Source of the DNA: Octopus vulgaris
Taxonomy: Eukaryota
Reading direction: 5' to 3'
NCBI GenBank assembly: GCA_951406725.2
Contig: OX597814.1
Location: forward strand, 162,688,001 to 162,752,000
Length of the DNA: 64,000 bases
Within the stretch, counting starts at the first letter, position 1. The number at the start of each line of letters is the position of its first letter. A model generated the notes under the pieces. The model ran no database searches. It had not been told where the DNA came from and saw only the letters and a program-made list of their open reading frames with translations. Position numbers and translations under genes: made by a program. Positions 39,158 to 51,599 of the stretch are shown one piece after another.

Positions 39158-40111
39158 TATTTATTTATTATTATTATTAATGTGGTGAGTTGGCAGAATA
39201 GTTAGCACGCTGGACGAATCCTTAACGGAACTTTATGTTCTAAATTCAAATATTACCGAGGTTAATATTGCCTCTCATTCTTTTGATGTCGATAAAGTAC
39301 CAGTGAAGTACTGGGGGCTGAAGCAATCTACTAACCCCCTCTCTAAAATTGCTGGCTCTGTGCTAAATATTGAAACAATTTTTATTATTATTATGTTTAC
39401 ATATTTTACTATTTAGAAAAAATTTAATTTTCATTATTGTTATAAAATAAAACATTTCTTTGACACCTTCTAACTGGAAATGATTAATTTAGATTGAAGG
39501 TCTCAATATATTACAATGTTGATATATTTCCACAGGTTACGATTCGAAGGGAATAAATAAATGAATATGTTTACATTTGGGGACAAAAAAAAAAAAAAGA
39601 GTTTTCAGAACAAAAATAATCTTTTTAAAAATACAGATGATAATTAGAACTAATTTCTTTAAATATTTTAAATTCCTCATTAGGAGAGGCACTAAACTAC
39701 ATAAACTTGATTAAATAATAGTCCAGTAGTATGCGAAGAGTACCGATGCCTCATATATTTCTGTTTTTTATTTTTCAATTTTACACAAGTCAACATCGAG
39801 TCACCGTTCTTTCGTCACACAAGATGGCACTCAGCTGTCCACCATTTTCTATCATGAAATGCTTTTGTTCATTCACAATTACGTATTCTAGTAAGCCATT
39901 TCAGGTACACGGTGCTGATTTGAAATGATCGAAATATTTATCTTGATTTCATTTTCTATAAAATACTTCCTTTGCGAAAGGAAACACTTTTTTTTTTATT
40001 TTTGAAAAGGTAAACAGTTTTACTTTATTGGGGCATCAGATAGCAAGTCAGCAACAAAAGTATTGTGGTTACTTGCAGTCTTTATTTAATTTTATTATCA
40101 TTTTACATTTA

Positions 40112-40330
40112 AAGGCGGTGCGCTGGCAAAATCGTTTGCACGCCGGGCAAAATGCTTAGCGGTACTTCGTCCGTCTTCACGTTCTAAGTTCAAGTTCCAT
40201 CGAGGTCATCTTTGCTTTTCATCTTTTCGGGGTCGATAAATTAAGCACCAGGGAAACACTGGAGTCGATGTAATCAACTAGTCCCCTCAACCCCAAATTT
40301 CAGGCCTTGTGCCTTTAGTAGAGAGGATTA
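40112..40330 (+). mobile_element. Family A SINE
   Basis: Full head, core and tail match the 37881 copy. Confidence 0.85.
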
Positions 40331-40374
40331 TCTTACATTTCGCACTACAAATCTTATTCTCTCTTCACATTTAA

Positions 40375-40738
40375 CCCTTTGCATATTCTGTGCATCACAT
40401 ATGATACAAAGGACATAATTCCTGGGCGTCCATGCATCATTTATAATACACATTCACAATTTTTTTCCATACCCTCAGCGTAACTTGGGACTTACGAAAG
40501 TAAAGTTTATACGAAGAGCTTATGAAAGAAGGGCTAATTAAAAATCAGAAACAAGCATGTATGTTTACGAAAAATTTATGAATATGATTTGGACAAACAA
40601 AAGTTTAAACAACTTTCCATAGCAAAAAGTGAAAATGTTTTCTTGAGGAAAAGTAAAAGTTTATAATTTTTAATATAAAGGATACACGAATATGCTGTTT
40701 TTAAATAATTGTTTAATATCATAATTTAGGACAAAGGA
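40375..40738. mobile_element. piggyBac-type MITE
   Basis: TTAA-CCCTTTG...CAAAGGA-TTAA. Confidence 0.55.
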
Positions 40739-40999
40739 TTAACAGATCTCTTTAGTAATTTTTCAAATTCTACCATTAAGAAAGACAAATTTTTGCTCTT
40801 CAATTCATATTCTCGCTTTATATTATCCTTTTACATTTCTGTAAATTTTATTCTTCAGTTTACATTTAAACAACCTTCATTATGGAACGAAATCGAAAAC
40901 TTGAAGCAACAAGTGAAAGATTGAAACGATACAGGCAACGGATGAGGAAAAGAAGGGAATAAAAGAAAGTACATAAAACCAACGGTTAAGCGCCAGCGT

Positions 41000-41420
41000 A
41001 GCTGATCACGAATATGAAGTGCACGTATGGTAATAAAGAAAAAGTCAACAGATACGAAGAGAGAACACAGATGGTGAACAATTGAACTGGTTATATATGC
41101 GACAAGAGAGGGAAAGAGAGAGAGAGTATAAAAATTGAAAGAGTATTCTAGTGTCCAAGAAGTGGAGAAATCAAAGTACAGGGATCTTGAAAATGAAATA
41201 AGTCGGATGTGGAACAAAATCAATATTAACGATAATTTAAGCTATTATGAAAACGAAAACAGTTTAACCGAAGCATGTGATGTTCTATGATAAAACGAGA
41301 AAGAATGAGCAAAAAATTAACTAACTATACCAGGGCTTGTAATATTATTCAGTTGCATAAAGCCCATAAGACAGTCCTGCTAAGCATGGCCTGCATTCTA
41401 CGCAAGAAACGTTCAGTTCC
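41000..41420 (+). pseudogene. R4/Dong endonuclease C-terminal remnant
   Basis: EVEKSKYRDLENEISRMW and KTVLLSMACILRK resemble the RLE C-terminus seen at 38362-39157. Confidence 0.6.
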
Positions 41421-41547
41421 TAGCTCAGCTTAAACAGTATAAAATCAGGACACAATACAAAGCCTATATACACTAATTATCCAAAGACATACCAGAGCTC
41501 ACACTACTCATATTCTACGGAATAACCACCACAACACATTCTCTATA

Positions 41548-41764
41548 CCACGGGGTGCTGAAAAGATCCTGGCTTTAAGGGTGTCGCGAAAGGCCTGGCT
41601 AGAGGTCCTACCTTCCGAGTTCTTTTTAAGGGCTTGGAAAAAGTGAAGGACCGCTGAAATAAATGTGTGAATCTGAGAGGGGAATATGTTGAATAAAATC
41701 ATAATTAACTGATCCTTCTGTATTTTCGCGTACCCAAAGCCAGGGACCTTTCAGCATCCCCTCG
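41548..41764 (+). mobile_element. mariner-derived MITE with TA TSD
   Basis: TIR ..GGGGTGCTGAAAAGATCCTGGCTTT / AAAGCCAGGGACCTTTCAGCATCCCCTCG. Internal remnant KGLEKVKDR*NKCVNLRGEYVE* matches a mariner transposase C-terminus. Confidence 0.85.
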
Positions 41765-42093
41765 TACAATTACCGTTCAATATTATAACTCAAAGCATAT
41801 GAGATACAAGACACAACAGCAAATATGTACTCTATCATCCGACATCTAAACAACACCACCCGCACAGCATATACGGTACGAAACATTAACGCCACCAAAC
41901 AATATAATACAACCCACATTGCACTACATTACTCTATACAACAGATGAAAGACTAAAATAACAAATAAAACACAAACAAACATAATTAGATAAAACTATA
42001 TTCACAATAGACAATGATGCACATATGTCAGGACTGTGGTGGGGAACTTGGAGGGGTGGAAACGCGCATAAAACTTCTGAAATTTGGTTTTAA

Positions 42094-42297
42094 CCTTTTA
42101 GCAGTCACAGTACTCTATCACATGCAATGCTTTTTATTCACATTGTTTTGAATTAATCATGAACTATCTCATGGCTTCGAGATTTTGATGATGTGATTGT
42201 TTATTTTTAGAATGACATAGTAGAGTATGTGAGAGAAGCCAGACCTAGTCTGTTTGAACACGAAACAGGAAGAATATTTGGGCCAGATGCTAAAGGG
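42094..42297. mobile_element. piggyBac-type MITE with TTAA TSD
   Basis: TTAA-CCTTTTAGCA...TGCTAAAGGG-TTAA. Confidence 0.8.
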
Positions 42298-42309
42298 TTA
42301 AATAATTGT

Positions 42310-43590
42310 TTCTAATTCAAGGGCAATAGTTTTGAGGGAAATTTGTTAGTAGGTTACACTGACACCAGTAGTTGGCTACTACTTTGTTTTATCGAGTACG
42401 GAAAGAGGAAAAACAAATTTGACCTTGGCAAAATTTGATTTCAGAAGGTTAAAATCAGGACGTTTTCTGTCACACTAACAAATTTGTGATTTCAAAATTT
42501 GGTCCATCACCAGAAATTCTGAGAGGAGGCATCAGTCAATTACATCGACCCTGGTGCTCAACTGGTACTTATTTTATCGACCCCGAAAGATTATTAGGCA
42601 AAGTCGACTTCAGCTAAGAACGTAAAGAGCCGGAAGAAATGCCGCTATGCATTTTATCCGTATCACAAACGATTCTGCCAGCTTACTGCCTTCACTGGGT
42701 ATTTATAATAATTGTTTCTAATTTAGACACAAAGACAGAAATTCCGAGGGGATGGGTAGTCGATATCATAAAGTACATGTCCGGTACTTTATTTTATTTA
42801 CTCCGAAAGGTTAAAAAGCAAACATTACGGTGGCACGATTTGATGTCAGAACCAAAAGAACTTGAAACATTTTGTCCGATGTCATAACGATTCTTCCAAT
42901 CTATAAGCAAATTTATTTGAAGGGGATAATCGATGCCATCGACCTCAGTATTTGACTAGTACTCAATTTCATTGATGCAAGATAGATGAAAGGTATCAAT
43001 AGGATTTGATCTCAGAGGTGGAACAAATAGCACAGAGCATTTTATCCGATGCTCTATCGATTCTGTCAATCCACCAGCAATAATAATTGTTTCTAATTTT
43101 GGCATATGACCCATAATTTTAGTACTTGACTGGTACTTCATATTATCGACCCCCGAAAGGATGAAAGACAAAGTCATCTTCAGTGGTTGGTCTCAAATTT
43201 TGGTACAAAGTCAATAATTTTTAGTGAAGAGATTTAGTCAATTAGATGAACCCCAGTACTTATTTTATCGACACTGAAAGAATAAAAGACAAAGTTGACC
43301 TCGGCAGTATTTGGATTAAGAATGTAAAGAGCATTTTGTCCGACGCGCTAACAATTCCTCCAGTTTACCACCTTAATAATCTTTTCTGAGATTTTGTGGG
43401 AGGGGCTGGTCAGTTACATCGACACCAATGCTTAACTGGTACTTATTCTATCGACTCCGAAAAGGATGAAAAGCAAAGTCGACTTTGGCTGAATTTAAGC
43501 TCAGAACGTGAAGCCAGAAGACATGCCGTTAATCATTTTTTGTCCGGCATGCTAACTATTCTGTCCGTTCGCCACCTTAGTTTACCACCT
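42310..43590 (-). mobile_element. Head-to-tail array of ~7 degenerate family A SINEs
   Basis: TTATCGAC(C/T)CCGAAAG..AAAG..AAAGTC-like core recurs near 42390, 42575, 42800, 42980, 43145, 43265 and 43450. Confidence 0.8.
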
Positions 43591-45494
43591 TGATAATAAC
43601 AACAATAACAGCAATAATTTCTGATATAAGCACAAGACCACACACATTCAGGTCAAGATCAATTGATAATATCGACTTTGATACAAGCCTGGCACCTATT
43701 TGATTCACTTGCGGGGAAATCTACCAAATACTGTTAATAAATATTAGCAACACTGAAATATAGACAAATAAAATAGTTTACCTACCTATTAATACATTGG
43801 AGTATAAACACAGTTCATCTGACCACAACGTTAGACTGCACTTAATATCTCAGTTCCACTAAAGATATGCTGTGTAAATGAAAGGAATTGGATTTTAAAA
43901 AGAAAGTGGGGAAAAATACGGCTCACATTTCTTGATTTTGCTAGGCAATTAAATCATAGGGAGAAAATTTTTAGATAAGAAGAGACAGAGAGAAATCAAC
44001 CAATAAGATGCAGCGGTAGTAGTAGTAATGATGGCTATAATAACTTGGTGATATAGTGATTGCTGCAGAGAGGTGGAACGGATATAAACTACTCTATTAG
44101 CATTGTCGGTGCCATTCTCCCCAAAACAACAACAACAAGTAGTAGTAGTGGTAGTGCTGTCGGTCTGCTGGGTGATTCATTGCACTGACAAAGAATAGAA
44201 AGTGAACCATGAAATAATTCTTTTTAGCTCCAAATCAGCTAGCTTACTGAACGCTTCTATTGGTGCAATGGTAATAATAATTTTTTTTATATATATCAAT
44301 CCCAAACTATAGACAGCTGCTATTGTAACGTTTGAAGTTTCAAACTGCAAAGATGCTAGACACAATCCTGTTATATAATTTATTTCTCCTTTTTTCTTTT
44401 CCTTTTTTTATATTTTTACAAAATTAAAAAAGGAAAGCATGTGTCAAAATAAGGAACAAAAGAAAAAGAGTCATCTTTGATGATTTGTCGTCATTTTATA
44501 CATGGTTGGAGACACCTTTTCACTGACATTCACTTTGTGTTATGCTAAATTGTTTTGAAATATAACAGAGCTTGTATAAATCTTTCTTTTTTATTCTCTT
44601 ATTTACCTGTTTGGTTTGCCGGTTTTCTTTATGTTTTGGAAGCGCGACAATTTTTTTTTTCGGAAGATCGCTATATTTAAAGCATTGGAATACGGAGGTG
44701 GGATCTTTAAGTGTTTTCGTTCAATTGACTCTAAATGGTGACGACACGTTTAAACCTACACCCTAATTTTTCACTCTCAACACATCCAGACCGCCTTTCA
44801 GAACAGTCACACAGACTATTAAACTCTCGTATTTTTGCTTTAAACAGATTTTATAGCCTCAAATGAAAATGGAAATTTAAATGCTTGTTCGTGTTTTTTT
44901 TTCTCCAAGCGGAAAGAAATTTAAAGTGACTAGGAAAAATACATTTTCGTCGTCAACCTACAAACTGAAATCAACGTCAGTTGAAACAAATCTTCAACTA
45001 AAAACGCTCTGTTGTTAAATCATCACGTTTTATCAACAGTTGCGTATTTCACTCGACAGAACTGAAAAAAACAAAACAGTATATTAATGACAAGGGCAGC
45101 GGAAGCAATAAGAAAATGAATCAATGAATAAAAAATAAGAGAATTTGTTGAAAAAGTAGACAATTCCTGCTAACATGTCACCAAAGATATGGTCTGTCCC
45201 TACATTGTGTCCCACTGAATTGTTAAGCTACTATGAAAGAGACAAAAAAGAAATGAGTTGAAAAGGGAGCTTCAGTTTAGATAACCAGTTTACTAGAAAC
45301 AGCCGCTAAATAACCTCGAATGGACACTCTGGAATAATGTACCCGTAGATATACTATGTCTGGAAAAGAAAAAAAGCAGGAGGGTTATGGCTGGAGCTCT
45401 TTGGATATAGGTTTACTTGATCAGAAGTGACCTGGGGTGGGTTTAAACAACAGCCAAATACATGTGGTTTAAACAGCAACTAAATACATAATGG

Positions 45495-45912
45495 TTTCAA
45501 AGCCAGAAGTTTAGGGGTGAAGTAAGTCGATTACATCGACCCCAGTGCTTAACTGGTACTTATTTCATCAACCTTGAAAGGATGAAAAGCAAAGTCGACC
45601 TCAGCAGAATTTGAACTCAGAACGTGAAGACGGACGAAATGCCGCTAAACATTTTACCCGGCATGCTAACGACTCAACCAGCTCACCGCCTTAACCAAAT
45701 ACATAATAATGAATCCATATTTTGGATCAAGCAGTTTCGGAGGAAGGGGTAAGTCGATTATTTCGACCCCAGGGGTCAGCTGATACTTACTTATCGACTC
45801 CGAAAGGATGAAAGGCAAAGTCAACATCAGCGGAATTTGAACTCAGAACGTAAAGACGGCTGCTAAGTATTTTGCTCAGCGCACTAACGATTCTGCCTGC
45901 TCGCCACCTTAA
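45495..45912 (-). mobile_element. Two family A SINEs
   Basis: Reverse-complement core. Both end in C(G/A)CCTTAACCAAATA. Confidence 0.85.
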
Positions 45913-46299
45913 CCAAATAATAATAAATCAAAGAATATATGAGTCCGTTGTTGTTGTTTAGCCCCAGGTCAACATTGAAAGAGCAGACCTATATTCAAAA
46001 GGCGTTCAAATCATAATTAGCCAATCTTCTTGTACATCTACGAGTGCATTATCCTATGTGCACTAACTTTTCGAAGATGGCAGGCTGATGAAAATTTGAT
46101 TGTTATTTCTAGCAGACAGAGATTCACATGCTGGCTTGTAGTTAACGGTTCTGGCATATAGAAATAAAACTCTGTCAGCCAACTCAATAGCATATTTTTT
46201 CGCAGAAGTGTAAAATGTTTTTGCAACCCTACACCGACTCAGTTACCTGGAAAGTAATAGACTGAAGTGTGTGTGTGTGTGTGTGTAGGGGTTCTTACA

Positions 46300-46600
46300 T
46301 GCACATTTCCAAGATGGTGGCAATGTGCAGGCGAATGTCCGGATGGATTCTAAGAACTCTCACAACAAGGGATCAGGAAACTATGCTGGTTCTATGGAGG
46401 ACATTTGTCCTCAGCCGTCTGAACTACTGCTCTCAACTGTAGCCACCCCACAGTATCAAATTAATAGCGGAATTTGAGGCAGTGTTACACCATCAATGGA
46501 ACAGCTGAGCTACCGGGAGAGACGGAAAGAGTTACGACTACTCCCTGAAACGACGACGGGATAGATACGCAGTGATATACATATCGAAAATCTTGGAGGT
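46300..46600 (+). mobile_element. CR1-type LINE fragment
   Basis: GGATGGATTCTAAGAAC..TGGAGGACATTTGTCCTCAGCC..TACTGCTCTCAAC is homologous to 29190-29470. Confidence 0.8.
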
Positions 46601-46818
46601 GTTAGATAAAATTCATTTAGGGACTGATCTGGTCTGAAGAAATTTTCTGGCATTAAAAAGACAGCCTATTTTTTTGAATGCAGCTTTGGTAATGATGAAC
46701 AAAACAAGGTTGCTATGAAAGACCATCAAAAGATTGCAAGAATCAGCATTTCAGTGAAGTTTTAGCTGTCTTCTTCATGTATTAGGATGATACAATATAA
46801 TATTGTACTCTCAAATTA

Positions 46819-47020
46819 GGCGGCGAGCTGGCAGACTCGTTAGCACGCCGGAGAAAATGCTCTACGACCTTTCGTCGTTTTTACGTTCTGTGTTCAAATT
46901 CTTCTGAGGTCGACCTTACTCTTCATCCTTTTGGGAGTATCAGTTAGACACTAGGGTAGATATAAATGAGTTACTCGCCACCTCTGAAATTACTGGCCTT
47001 GAGCCAAAATTTGAAACCAA
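46819..47020 (+). mobile_element. Family A SINE
   Basis: GGCGGCGAGCTGGCAGACTCGTTAGCACGCCGG head. Confidence 0.8.
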
Positions 47021-47861
47021 TATTGTACTCTTAATATATGCAGCCACTCGGTTATGATTTAATAGACTAGGTGTTTGATTTCAAAGGTAGAATCGCAAGG
47101 TCAGTTGCATGTGGCGGGATTTGAACTCAGAACGTAAAGGAACAAAAGTAAATATCTTTATAGTGATTTATTCTCTGCTAAGCTATTTCTGATCCTTCAT
47201 TACATTAATTGAACTTATTTCTTTGATAAAACGGTTAATATGCAAAACTTTCACATCGATGTGGTTAAAAGTTCATTTTCTAACCACCTGTCTACGAGTT
47301 CGATCTTAATGCACGCTAGTTTCTTTTTTTTTTTTAATATCTTAGCTTCAAGTTAACGAATGCCATAAAGGCAGAAGCTTAATATATGACTATGTATGTT
47401 ATTTAAAGCTTATGTATCTGCGTATACTTATGTAAATGGCGTGTCGAGTTGGGACTACCAACAAAAACATCAACAACAAAAACATTCCACACAGAAATAG
47501 TTACGGGGGTCAATATGACCGGCTAAAAGCTCTCGAAGGTCGTACCCCAGCTTGGTAGCATTTCAATAACTGAAAACCAGAAAAAGAATAAAAGATTGAA
47601 AGTATAATAAAGTATGTATGAAATGTATGAGTGGAAATGGTTAGTATGACTCCGAATATGACACATATGTTAATGAATGCATAGACTGTCTGCTTTACGT
47701 TATTAATTCAGTATCTTGCGGTGAGAGATAAAATTTTACGAGAGGCAGTTTGTTTAACCGGATTTTTGAAATATGCGTCTTTAACACACTGGAGTGGATT
47801 CATAAACATACATACATACTTACATACATATATATATAAATGTATATATATATATATGTGC

Positions 47862-47946
<85 letters not shown>

Positions 47947-48381
47947 TGTGGAAGAAATAAAATAAACATTCTAACTGTATCAAAATATATCAGCTGCACA
48001 TCAAATAAATTAGTGGCTCCTCCCATCCACCGCAATAAGCTGCCGTGTTGACAGTGTCTTCGTAGTGTCTGGTACAATATCTTGCAACATTTGTTTTGAT
48101 TATCTGCGCTCTGAGTTCAAATCCTGCCGATTTCAGCTTTGTTTTTTATACCTTTGGGACGATAAATTAAACGTCAGCCAAATACTAAAATCTATCCTTC
48201 CTTCTGTTTTCTCTCTATCTCTCCCTCCCTCATCTTCTCTCTCTTCCTCATCCTCTCTCCCTCCCCCCCTCTCTCTCTGTGAGTTGCCTTTAGCCTTCAA
48301 GAAGGTATCTTGTGCAAAAAGCCTGAAAGGATGCAACGACAAATCATATGTGCATTCTCTCACGAAATTTGTGTAACAAAG

Positions 48382-48418
<37 letters not shown>

Positions 48419-48567
48419 AACACACACACAGATGTGTGTGTACATGTACATATATATATACTACATAATATAATTATGGATACTTAGATAAGTTTCTGAC
48501 AGAATTGGCGCAGGCCATGTCTGACTTAATAGCACCGCTTGACCTAAGCATATACATAGATAAATGC

Positions 48568-48636
<69 letters not shown>

Positions 48637-48654
48637 TGTATGTATACATATGTA

Positions 48655-48740
<86 letters not shown>

Positions 48741-48764
48741 TATGTATGTATATATAAATATGTA

Positions 48765-49235
48765 GAAAAATACAAACTGGAACAAGAACGTACAACATTT
48801 AGAAGACGATACAAAAAACACGGACGGGACATTCGAAGCCTTCAATCTTCAGTCAAGAACCGGATCATCTTAGCAATTACGGCTGATTAATCTTGAGATC
48901 GCTCCGATCCGGCCAGCCCCAAGGAAAAACTAAGCTACGAGCATTAGATTTCTTGGAAGAAGGATCGAATGTATACGAAACAGGGACAGAAAAACGGACG
49001 ATGCCACACGAATATAAAATACAAAAAACAATAATGGTAAAAACAGGACAAAAACAGCGGGTGTCTTACGACTAATAAACAGTACAACAAGTTTAGCTGG
49101 CGTATTTGGAAATAATGCCTTTATCGGCAGACGAAGACAACGATGTTCTCACGGCAGTGGTCGGAGGCCAAAGGGCTGATTTTGACCAGCGGTCACGTGA
49201 TGAAGAGAGAGAAAGGGGGCAAAGGAATGTATATA
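48765..49235. mobile_element. (TA)n-embedded non-coding cassette, probable Penelope-related
   Basis: Shared with 61500-61845 (CGAAGCC..AATCTTCAGTC..GAACCGGATCATCTTAG..CGGCCAGCCCCAAGGAAAA). Both copies are flanked by TA repeats. Confidence 0.65.
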
Positions 49236-49267
49236 TATGTATATATATGTATATATATATATATATA

Positions 49268-49484
49268 TCTTTTACTCTTTTACTCTTTTACTTGTTTCAG
49301 TCATTTGACTGCGACCATGCTGGAGCACCGCCTTTAATCGAGCAACTCGACCCCGGGTCTTATTCTTTTGTAAGCCCAGTACTTATTCTATCGGTCTCTT
49401 TGCCGAACCGCTAAGTAACGGGGACATAAACACACCAGCATCGGTTGTCAAGCAATGCTAGGGGGACAAACACAGACACACACA

Positions 49485-49550
<66 letters not shown>

Positions 49551-49714
49551 TACGACGGGCTTCTTTCAGTTTCCGTCTACCAAATCCACTCACAAGGCTT
49601 TGGTTGGCCCGAGGCTATAGTAGAAGACACTTGCCCAAGGTGCCACGCAGTGGGACTGAACCCGGAACCATGTGGTTGGTAAACAAGCTACTTACCACAC
49701 AGTCACTCCTACGC
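49268..49714 (-). mobile_element. SINE family D with internal microsatellite and CR1-like tail
   Basis: Reverse complement of 50617-51017. Confidence 0.9.
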
Positions 49715-50616
49715 ACACACACAGTGTATAGATGAAAATGAAATATTCTACGTACAGAATATACATTGTAGTGCTCAATATTTAATACATTAAATACAAA
49801 AATATGTATATATATTTAGATACTAACCTTAGAAAAAGGGTTTGATTTACACAGAATAGAAATGATGTCAAGAATTAAAGGGGTTCAAGAAAAGTGTTAT
49901 ATAAATATTTGTCTTTTGAGTGTGTATGTGTGTATTTGTGTGTGTGCGTGTGCATGTTTTGCTCTGAATATATGTAGGTATATATGTCTATGTATATATG
50001 TGTCAAGTTTAATTGTGTGTATCTGTATTACTACCTCCACATCAAATCGTTTTAGATGTCTCTTATAACGATTTTGACGCCGTGAGCCATGCTCTCGATG
50101 AAGAACTCGGAGTTTTCATTCAAATTCATTTGAACACTACCCCGTGTTTTTTTATACCGAGAATATCTAACTCCCACTTATAGATTGTATATACTTATGG
50201 AGCCCGATTTTGAAAGAGTGCCACATCTGATGCGAAATTCTAAGCTTTTTGATGGCTAAAAAGCTCATGTAGAATATTAGAAATCAGCTGACAGAATTAT
50301 GTGACTTTACAGAAAGGTTGATAAAGTAATTCAATTTGATAACGATTGAAATGAGGAGGAGGGACACACACATCTATAGACAAGATGAAAGTTTTGCACA
50401 ACATGTACCCCTCTGAATTGTAATCAACTGCAGAGTGACTCCGAGAGAAAACTTAGGTTCGGACAACGCGATGGAAGGTGGGAATAAGAATATTGGAATG
50501 ACTTAGAGAAAGGTCATTCAAAATCGTTGCGTTTGAAGGAAATTTGTCAAAGAGCTATAGGTTCGAAAAGATTATGAATTAGAAAATCTCTATAAGAGGT
50601 GAAAGTATTAACTATA

Positions 50617-51017
50617 GGCGCAGGAGTGGCTGTGTGGTAAGTAGCTTGCTTACCAACCACATGGTTCCGAGTTCAGTCCCACTGCATGGCACCTTGGGCA
50701 AGAGTCTTCTACTATGGCCTCGAGCCTACCAAAGCCTTGTGAGTGGATTTGGTAGACGGAAACTGAAAGAAGCCCGTCGTATATATGTATATATATATGT
50801 GTGTGTGTATGTGTGTTTGTGTGTCTGTGTTTGTCCCACCAACATCACTTGACAACCGATGCTGTTGTGTTTGTGTCCTCGTAACTTAGCGATTCGGCAA
50901 AAGAGACCGATAGAATAAGTACTAGGCTTACAAAGAATAAGCCCTGGGGTCGATTTGCTCGACTGAAGGTGGTGCTCTAGCATGGCCGCAGCCAAATGAC
51001 TGAAACAAGTAAAAGAG
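50617..51017 (+). mobile_element. SINE family D (tRNA head, CORE-like segment, CR1-like tail)
   Basis: TGGCTGTGTGG A box, GAGTTCAGTCCC B box, CORE-like GGCACCTTGGGCAAG. 3' GGTGGTGCTCTAGCATGGCCGCAGC..CTGAAAC matches the LINE end at 29826-29864. Confidence 0.9.
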
Positions 51018-51034
51018 AAAAAGTGTATACTGAG

Positions 51035-51309
51035 AAGTAATGTTTATCGCCACTTCAACATGGCTGTTCTGTAGGAACCGACATCACAACCGGTTTTAAC
51101 CCCAGGAAAACGCCTCCTCCAGCTGGTTATCGAAATAATCTGCATCCAATACATATAGCAAGCAGATGGTGGGGGTTCGCTCTCCTGCTTGCAATATATA
51201 TCGGGTGCAGATTACATCGATAACCAGCTGGAGGAGTCGTCCTCCAGGGCCTAAAACGGTAGTAACGTCGGTTCCTAGAGAACAGCCATGTTGGCGATAA
51301 ACATTACTT
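51035..51309. repeat. 275-bp foldback (near-complete inverted repeat)
   Basis: AAGTAATGTTTATCGCCA..AACATGGCTGTTCT..CTCCTCCAGCTGGTTATCGA is mirrored by TCGATAACCAGCTGGAGGAG..AGAACAGCCATGTT..GGCGATAAACATTACTT. Confidence 0.9.
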
Positions 51310-51599
51310 ATATATATGTGTATGCGTGTGTGTTTGTGTGTTTGTGTGCGCATGTATGTATGCATGTTTTTATGTGAATTATATAAAAAATAACATTAGA
51401 CTGAAAGATCATTCAATAACTTTAGTAGAGTACAGGTTTATTAAACTTTTACAAGAAGGGTGTCAGTCAGTGATTTCGACGTTTCGGCCGTCTAGACTTT
51501 ATCGCCTACATCTGATCAGTAATCGAATATACTTTTATTTGGTGACTTTAGTCTTTCTAGCTTTCATTGGCCTGAGGATCGCAGGTATTGAAGAATATT

